From the NCBI GenBank assembly GCA_004431415.1, contig QPMI01000540.1:1-58689 (forward strand): a stretch of DNA of 58,689 nucleotides, given 5' to 3'. The notes under the pieces are model-generated. The model saw only the letters and a list, made by a program, of their open reading frames with translations. It had not been told where the DNA came from and searched no databases. This document shows, piece after piece, positions 57,101 to 58,689 of the stretch; positions within the stretch are counted from its first letter, which is position 1; the number at the start of each line of letters is the position of its first letter. A program made the translations under genes and the position numbers. This DNA comes from Cyanophora paradoxa CCMP329. Lineage: Eukaryota > Plantae > Glaucophyta.

Positions 57101-58689
57101 GCCTCCTTGGACGTCGTGCGCACACGCGCCCTGTTCACTCGCATGGCGTTCATCATGAACACTTTGGGTTCACCGCGTGGGACGCGGTCAAACACGCCTC
57201 GCTCGCTCCATCCATCGGGACCGCGCTCGATTTACTTCAACTCATCCTGCAGGGCGACACCGCCTACCTCACAAGTGGAAGACGCTGGTCAGCTACTTGC
57301 GCGAGGGCCTCAGTCGCCACGGCCATCATTACGCGGAATACGACACGCTCGTCGACTTCGATCCAACCCTGACTCGGATGAGAGCATCGCTTACATCTGG
57401 TTTGGCCGAAGACCAGCGTACACGCCCATACTCACAACATCCCCGAGACGAGGACTCGGATTCAGCCGGCAGGACCACAGCACTCGTCTAGCAGCGGCCC
57501 GTGCCGTCCAACAGCACCGCCTGATTCCAACCGACCTCGAACCTTCGCGGCGGTACATGTTTTCAACAGAGCACATGAATCGGTCTCCAAGGTGGAGAAG
57601 ACTGCCCGCATCCGGGTTGCCCGCCTCCCACCTGACGCCATCTCATCGTCACGACCTTTGACGACGCCAGTGGAACGGAGCTACCAGACAGCACTTCGTG
57701 TCCGACGGCAAGAATGCTCGGTTGGCTGGTGACATCGTGTCTCCTAACGACATACCTACAGCCGAGGATACGGCAATTGACGTCGAATCGCTCAGCTGAC
57801 AAAACCCGACCGGACAATGAAGCAACGGATTGCAGATGGTCGCATCTGCGTGTCGGTGCGACTCGGGTCCTATGCACCAGGACGGAAAGTCGGACCGTCC
57901 GTCAAAACTCTGGCGTTGTGGATACGGCGCCGCAGCTGACGTGATTGACGAGACCTCGCTGCGCGCATCGAGGGCCTCCGTTACAGCCGCGCGCCGCCAG
58001 TACAACTGACCGGATTTGGCGACGACATGACGGCTTACGCTCGCATCGCCTACATGGCGGTCATGATTGGTCCCGTACGGTCGGTGAGAGAGGTCCTAGT
58101 GGTGGACAAGGGCCTCATGGGGTCTACTCAAATGCTCCTTGGATTGGCGACGCTCATTGCCATGAACGCTCACATCTCGCTCGACCCGACTAACTGGGGA
58201 ATGACGATCACGGCACCTGACGCCGACAATGGCGAACGATACCATGTCCCTTTTTGCTTGCGGACCAGACCGACGGGGGCGTTCTGGTCCGCCTCGCCCA
58301 AGATGTCACCGTCGGGCCAGGCGAAGCTCTCGTTCGCTGTTACGTCTCGACGGGCCCTCAAGACGCGACTGACGATGCGCCGGAGATGCTCCTCACGCCG
58401 CCGCCGCACATTGTTGGAGACGACGACGGAGCCGACGACCCCGGTGAAGGAGATGAACCGCGTCATCTTGTCCCTCACCAAATACATCGACGTCCTCGAG
58501 GAGGAGCTTTCCTCGCTCAGGTCTGCAATCCACAACGCCGACCCGTCCGCTTGAAAGCGGGGACCGTCATCGCGGAGGCGGAATTCGGCAAGTGGCCCGA
58601 GAGCGAGTTCCGACCCCACGACGACGTCCATCGATACCCGACGGGTACTTACAAGACCTGGTCGAGTGACGAGAAGCGCAAGTTCCCCA
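48144..58689 (+). pseudogene. Long, repeatedly frameshifted coding region of unknown function within the retroelement-like insertion
   Basis: Chain of overlapping + strand ORFs with globular-looking composition (e.g. 49594-50223, 50165-51028, 52035-53012, 54133-54948, 55028-56203); no protease, RT, RNase H or integrase motif recognised. Confidence 0.5.

Larger units (their letters stand above)
43708..58689 (+). mobile_element. Very large LTR-retroelement-like insertion, incomplete in window
   Basis: Composition shift; candidate 5' LTR TGTTG...GGCA (43708-43965) followed by TGGGGCTG, similar to the PBS of the small LTR element; repeat-containing leader; Gag-type Zn knuckles; long same-strand coding. 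No 3' LTR or RT in window. Confidence 0.6.

Noticed and set aside
48144-58689. Reverse transcriptase, integrase or DIRS-type YR in the retroelement
   Set aside because: No YxDD in an RT context, HHCC/DDE or RHRY pattern could be identified by eye.

Overview
Eukaryotic, very GC-rich DNA with short spliceosomal introns, some with GC donors, which points to an alga or protist such as a haptophyte (inference). The raw ORF track is mostly uninformative because genes are split by introns and single-base indels; the gene models below come from manual splicing and motif reading, with no database searches. Positions ~1-43.7 kb form one compact, virus-like or giant-transposon-like gene block with no recognisable host housekeeping context. 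It carries a Ulp1-type protease spliced in frame to a tyrosine recombinase, a GIY-YIG nuclease, an AEP primase/polymerase and a TFIIB-like factor. It also has a chromatin toolkit (intact divergent histone H3 with K27R and CenH3-like fold features, a SET domain, a TET/JBP-like dioxygenase) and a ubiquitin/proteostasis toolkit (Skp1-like, C3HC4 RING, three RING-like paralogs, one fused to an AAA+ ATPase). The genes are separated by ~160-205 bp repeat clusters that share a 15-bp core (CAGAGCTCGGCCGAT) in both orientations. A 2.9-kb non-autonomous LTR element is nested at 27298-30246. From ~43.7 kb to the window end lies a separate, very large LTR-like retroelement with a Gag zinc knuckle followed by >10 kb of unrecognisable coding sequence. 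No capsid, packaging ATPase, DNA polymerase B or reverse transcriptase was recognised.
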